This document shows positions 60,118-64,000 of a stretch of DNA of 64,000 nucleotides, one piece after another. Below the pieces are notes generated by a model that was given only the letters and a program-made list of their open reading frames with translations, was not told the DNA's origin and made no database searches. The stretch is from Octopus vulgaris (lineage: Eukaryota), in NCBI GenBank assembly GCA_951406725.2, contig OX597837.1, positions 496,001 through 560,000 of the forward strand. Reading direction: 5' to 3'. Both the position numbers and the translations under genes were made by a program. Numbering within the stretch: the first letter of the stretch is position 1; every line of letters begins with the position of its first letter.

Positions 60118-60927
60118 TATATTATACATATATAATATATAGTATATATAGATAAATAGATAGGTAGACACACAGAAAGGTAGTGGTGCTTAAAAAAGAA
60201 AAAAAGACTCAAGAGATATGATTGTGAGTAAATATTTATGTTAACTTCGTAGCTCACATTCACATTTCTAAAATTGTCCTTACGCTATAACCGTGACTAT
60301 CCTTTCGGATACGCTGACACTAATTAGTACGATGATTACAGTATAGTTTCATTAGATGATGAGGCACGTTCCTATTGACTGATATTCTGTACTGAAACTG
60401 GTATTATACGTTTGTTTGATTGGGCTGAAGACAAATCTGGTGCATAATGTAGTAGTAGTCACTTTTGACTTCATTATAAATTCTATGAAATTTGCAAATT
60501 CGAAAAAACATTCTGGAATAGCAACACCTAATATTATTTTGAAACAAGCTCCGCTGTTGGCAGCTGTAGGAAAGTTGATGATCGCCGTTGCGAGTAAGAA
60601 AACCTCGCATAATTTGTGAAGACAATCACACTTATTTTGATTTATCGAATCAGAAAGATCAAATATGATTTGTGTCACTGCAGAATATTTATCAAAGCAG
60701 CAAATTGTCAATACCATTATGCATGCGTGTGTCAATAAACATGTATATTTATATACGTACGCACACGTGCACACACAAACACACACATAAGAATGGAAGA
60801 TGAAGCCATTCAAATTATTTTCCATAGTTTACAAAGCTATATGTACCTCTATATACTTATGTATATGTATTCATATATGTATGTATACATATATGTATAT
60901 ATGTATATATAACTTATATAGACTCTT

Positions 60928-60981
<54 letters not shown>

Positions 60982-60983
60982 TT

Positions 60984-61027
<44 letters not shown>

Positions 61028-61035
61028 CATAGATT

Positions 61036-61076
<41 letters not shown>

Positions 61077-61094
61077 CATAGATTTACTTATATA

Positions 61095-61129
<35 letters not shown>

Positions 61130-61433
61130 GTGTGTGCATAGATTTACTTATATATATATATATATATACCCTTATACATATATGCATATTTGTATATGCT
61201 CACGCGAGTATGCGTGCTCTCGTATGTGGATCTACATATGTGTGCGCGCGCGTGTGTATCTGCCTTATTTCATGACCGTATGACTATGAGTAGTTCATTC
61301 GCTTTTGATCATTATGAAAAACAAAATGCAAACGAGCGATAGCAAAATAGAGAGAAAAATACTGTTTTACTAATCATAACAGCAGTGAAGACGATGATGA
61401 TGATGATGACAATGATAATAATTATAATAATAA

Positions 61434-61470
<37 letters not shown>

Positions 61471-61930
61471 CATAATCATATTCATAATAATAATAAGAAG
61501 AAAAAATTTTGGGTGATGTAGTTTTCCAGTGAAAGATATTCCTAGCATATGAAGAAGAATATGTAGAATTTTCGGAAATATGTTGAGAAAAATCTCTGAA
61601 GTTTCTGTGAAGGTTCGTTAACAGTTAGACGTTCCTTTTGCCTACACAATAGCTACAATTAGCTGACCTGTAACCTTTCTATATTCCGAACATCTTCGTC
61701 TCTTTCTTACCGGAAGTAGGTGGAGTAGAAACGCGCCTAACCTTTAAACTTTTCTTCTGTTCGGCAGTCATTTATATAGGCTTACATTGCGTATATTTAT
61801 CGATGCCCCCTCTCTCTCTTTTTCTGTGTATCTCTCTTCACATACATACATACATACATACATACATACGAGTGTGCGTGTATTAATATTTTCATGCGCA
61901 TTTATATATAAATTTTCAATTGTATATATG

Positions 61931-61968
<38 letters not shown>

Positions 61969-62579
61969 TGTGTTTGTGTGTTTGTGTGTGTGTCTGTGTG
62001 TATACATGGAATTATGTATATTATATACATATTTATGAATGTCAAATATGTATTGTATAGATAGCAGTGCATGCATGCTTGTGTGTGAGTGTCTATGCGC
62101 GTGGAGAGTGAGTTAAAGTACCGGATGGACAACCTTGTCGCATTAGTTCCGGCTTTGTACGTTCTAAGTTCAATCCCTGTCGGTGTACAATTTAGTTTTC
62201 AGTCTTTGGGTTTAGACAAATAATAAACGAATACAAAATCCGGCTTCGAAACTTCTGTTGTCTTTCTTTCAACCTGACTTATACACCGGCAATGTTCAGG
62301 CTGAGAAGCGGAGGGATTTCGCTTGGTCTGCAAAGATCAATGTATGACGGAACCTTAAGGACTCCATCAAGCGTTGAGGGCACAACAAAGAAAGCATGCG
62401 TTCTTACATACATTCACATACATGCACATACATATGCAGATATATACATGAACACATACATATATACGTTATAGAAATATACATCATTTAAAACACAGAG
62501 GATTTAAATTTGAGCCACCCTGTTTCATGATCTAACTGTATAGTAGTCGAACGAGCTTGTATAGTATATACTATATATA

Positions 62580-62610
<31 letters not shown>

Positions 62611-62613
62611 ATG

Positions 62614-62644
<31 letters not shown>

Positions 62645-62789
62645 GTGTTCATTGTACAAGGAAAGATCCAGAGTAGCAATTGCAAGGTGGCCAAATGTCA
62701 CGTAATTGTCCTAGGAATTAGTAATCACACTTGCGTGGGTGTTAATTCCGAGAAGGAGTGAGACCTATTTTGTAGAATATAAGAATAAT

Positions 62790-62995
62790 CGAGATGCCAA
62801 AAACTGCAATAAGCAATTTTCTTTGGATTGGAAAATTTTGTCAAGATCGTTTCCCTATGATAAAGGGAAATCTTTCTGCTCTCTTTGTACGGACGAGCAC
62901 TTATTTATCTTTTTTTCCAAACACACATTGGTCAACAATTAAAAAGAACCTTTTTTTACAGGTGATTAAATTGGAAAAAAACACTCTTTCAGGTA
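62790..62995 (+). pseudogene. Penelope GIY-YIG endonuclease C-terminal fragment
   Basis: FSLDWKILSRSFPYDKGKSFCSLCTDEHLFI matches the PLE W.IL....PY......C.LC..EK..I pattern. Confidence 0.65.
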
Positions 62996-63817
62996 TTTCA
63001 AATAATATTTGCCCCATTACCTAATAATATCTGCAACTTAAACTTTTTCTTTCATCTCATACCTCCTATTCTTTCCTTCATCATTACTACCTGTCATTCA
63101 CTTTCTATTTGTTTATACCTCCATTACTGCTTTAATTCTCTTTCTCTCTTCCTTCACTTCTTCTCTCGTCCTATGACGCCAAATTTCTTTAAAAAGTTCT
63201 AGCGTTGCCTATTCATCTTTGTTTTCTCTCTCTATATATATATATGTTACAATTAAACATGTCCTATGAGTATTATAGGATAAAATCATATATAAACTGA
63301 AGTAACAGTTTATAAAATGGAGAAGAGAAGATGTTAAAAGTTTATAAAAATGTTTAATCCAAACGATCGTTTGGAATGATAATACTAAAATGTAAGAAAA
63401 CATGGAAAAGATTAAATTAATTATAATAATAATTAAAATAGTAATTAAATTAGATTAATTTAATTAGGTATTACCATTCTCCTCAGTGGAAAAAATTGAT
63501 AAAACATCAAAAAACGGTATTAACAAAAGAATATTAGAATAAAACTACAGAGAGCCTGTGTATCATAAAGTTGATCGGATATTCATAGCAAGATTGTGAA
63601 ATAGGAAAAAAAGAGATCTAGAAACATGTTAATGTAGTACTGTGTAAGATCTAGAACTTTTGGCCAACAGATATTTTAAACTATTTTTTATAGTTAAAAA
63701 TATCGGATTTATTACAATGCATCTATCGAAACATATATCGGTCATATAACTGATAATATAAAGGATTTAAATAACATCTTGAGCGTTTGTCTCTATTTCC
63801 CATTATTTTTATATATA

Positions 63818-64000
63818 CCGGGGTTGCACAAAACAATGGGAACACCTTAAAATTTCAAATTTATTTTAATATGGGGTACGACCGCCTTTGGCAGTAATTA
63901 CAGCTTGACTTCTACAATGTATGGACTCGTATAAAGTTTGAATTGTTTCCAAATGAATTTTTATCCATTCTTCAGCTAAAACAGTCTCCAGTTCTTGTAG
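63818..64000 (-). mobile_element. Tc1-like transposon 3' end (runs off the window)
   Basis: Minus strand LQELETVLAEEW...IQTLYESIHCRSQAVITAKGGRTPY*; TA|CCGGGGTT terminus. Confidence 0.8.

Noticed and set aside
60352-60825. 157-aa ORF in unique-looking sequence
   Set aside because: No recognisable motif, starts in a microsatellite, no convincing splice context; unresolved without a homology search
61015-61170. Three copies of tgtgtgcatagatttact(ta)n; similar local duplications at 3190-3580 and 53430-53550
   Set aside because: Ordinary slippage-derived local duplications

Overview
Gene-poor, very AT-rich, microsatellite-saturated animal genomic DNA. The tRNA-derived SINEs look like those of Octopus (inference). 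I found no credible host protein-coding exon; almost all long ORFs in the track are translations of (TA)n, (TATG)n or (AAT)n. The real content is mobile DNA: two RTE LINEs, one CR1-group LINE, a cluster of R4/Dong-like elements in (TAA)n, a decayed Helitron, Tc1/mariner ends and a MITE, Penelope-like (PLE) fragments and two SINE families. The main discovery is a dense population of type I hammerhead ribozyme (HHR) motifs: about 20 from several small element families, most sitting in (TA)n and often as fold-backs. The centrepiece is a 3.1 kb array (13832-16907) of near-identical, non-coding 480-bp units, each with an intact HHR. It is split into two divergent arms whose breakpoints fit twin-primed retrotransposition, and it resembles a retrozyme (circular-RNA retroelement). 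A diverged sister element next to it shows compensatory stem changes. Other families carry unusual catalytic cores, including a G3:C8 swap, A6U and A9C. All structures were read by eye; none has been folded computationally or tested.
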